Source: Eledone cirrhosa (Eukaryota). Taken from it: 64,000 nt of DNA. A program made the position numbers and the translations under genes. The notes beneath the pieces are model-generated. The model ran no database searches. It worked only from the letters and a program-made list of their open reading frames with translations, and was not told the DNA's origin. The stretch covers positions 7,998,001 to 8,062,000 of the forward strand of contig OZ024752.1 in NCBI GenBank assembly GCA_964016885.1. The letters run 5' to 3'. Of the stretch, positions 62,812 to 64,000 are shown in pieces. The first letter of the stretch is position 1; each line of letters opens with the position of its first letter.

Positions 62812-62966
62812 TGACCCCAGTACATTACTGGTACTTTATTTTATCCCGTAAGGATGAAAGGCAAAGTTAACCGTGGCAAGATTTGAACTCAGAACATAAA
62901 GGGCTGTAACCCTATGCTGCAAAGCACAGCACCTGACCCTCTACCAATACTGCCAATCCACCGCCC
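62812..62966 (-). mobile_element. SINE family A copy
   Basis: Reverse complement of the 57453/58775 copies. Confidence 0.85.
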
Positions 62967-63077
62967 TACCAATAACAATAATGGCCGTTGTTAACAATGT
63001 TTGCTGTTATGAAAGTTACCAACTGTTACTCTAGTTTCAGATACCAACCAATTCTCATTGTATAAAGACTTCCTAAC

Positions 63078-63227
63078 CAGAGAGATCAGTTTTCTTGGAT
63101 GAAATTCAATATAAATTGTAGAAATATTGGTAGTAACCTGTGCAATTGATCCAAGGGAAAGTGTTGGAAGCTCTGTCATAATCACGGGATCTGGAGGATG
63201 GCTACCACCTGCTATTGCTTCAGGCAT
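63078..63227 (-). CDS. Probable upstream coding exon of the zinc-finger gene (MPEAIAGGSHPPDP...HPRKLISL); exon begins at 63239
   Basis: TTTTCATTTCAG acceptor at 63240-63241, open frame, CTG|GTTAGG phase-0 donor compatible with the 51513 exon; start codon and direct joining are inferred. Confidence 0.62.
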
Positions 63228-63933
63228 CTTGGAATAATTCTGAAATGAAAACAAGAAATATTTCAACGATATATTACATCAAAGTAATTTTACTGCTAGA
63301 AGTAGCAGATAAATCAATTTATATCAACAGTGTTCACATATATAAACCCCATACAGTTGAGCTCCTACACTGGATTGGAACGTCTGAGGAAGGAGCCTCG
63401 CAAGGTGGAGTGGCTGTTGCAATGGGTTTCGCTACCCATTGTACACGGTAATGCTTTTGTGGTCTTGTTTGCGTAGCGCAGCCCCGTTACCGCCGTGCCC
63501 TTGGCCAAGAGCCCAATCCCTTCTCCCCATTTTTCTATGACACCAGATCTCTTGCCATCGCACCTTCCATTTCTGTTTTATATATATTTTAAGGGTGGTG
63601 CCCCAGCATGGCCTCAGCCGGGTGGCTGGAACGGTTAAAAGAGTAAAAGAGGATATATTTTCTTATTTTACATTCTATTCTTTCTACTCAACCTAAAGTT
63701 TCTTTTTTTCTTTTCTATTAAATTGTATTTATTTGTCAACTGTCAACGAAAAGTACCTTGATCTTGAGAGGGTTTCTTGTAAATGTAATGAAATGAATTC
63801 TACAGTTGACATCTATGTGGGTTTAGTTAGCTTTATACAACCTCGTAGGAGGTCTGAATACAGCAGATTTCTTCCAGAGAAGGATAGAGAGTGAGAGAGA
63901 GAAGGTAAGGAAGAGATATAGAGGAAGAATTAG

Positions 63934-64000
63934 ACTGGTACTTTTTTTTATCGACCTTGAAAGAACGAAAGACAACGTTGACCTCAGAGGGATTTGAAGT
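63934..64000 (-). mobile_element. SINE family A fragment at the window edge
   Basis: ACTGGTACTT..TATCGACC..GAAAG..GTTGACCTC.G.GGGATTTGAA. Confidence 0.7.

Noticed and set aside
63440-63510. HDV/CPEB3-like ribozyme (GCG..CGCAGCCCC)
   Set aside because: L3 loop too short and no proper P1 partner upstream

Overview
Repeat-dense animal genomic DNA. The SINE/LINE families, (TA)n/(CA)n microsatellites and SINE tails are typical of an octopod cephalopod; this is inferred from repeat content, not a database match. About 20 kb is tandem array: a 34-bp array at 1-6.4 kb, a 22-bp G-rich array at 18.3-28.4 kb running into a 200-N gap, and more than ten smaller minisatellites. The rest is mostly transposon debris: RTE, CR1, Vingi-like and CRE-like LINEs; Merlin, Hsmar2-like mariner, hAT and piggyBac-type elements; non-autonomous Helitrons; and at least two tRNA-SINE families. 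One host gene is supported, on the minus strand, with three phase-compatible exons (63078-63227, 51447-51513, 45292-47687; about 870 aa, C2HC zinc finger, SUMO-interaction-like motifs). The main leads are degenerate minimal hammerhead motifs in islands inside (TA)n tracts, minisatellites born inside TEs and sharing GTAG/CTAC, a 64-bp hairpin-unit array, a mosaic SINE built from two RTE ends, an inverted SINE pair around a micro-exon, and an unexplained structured GC-rich island at 63.4 kb. No prokaryotic system or CRISPR array is present.
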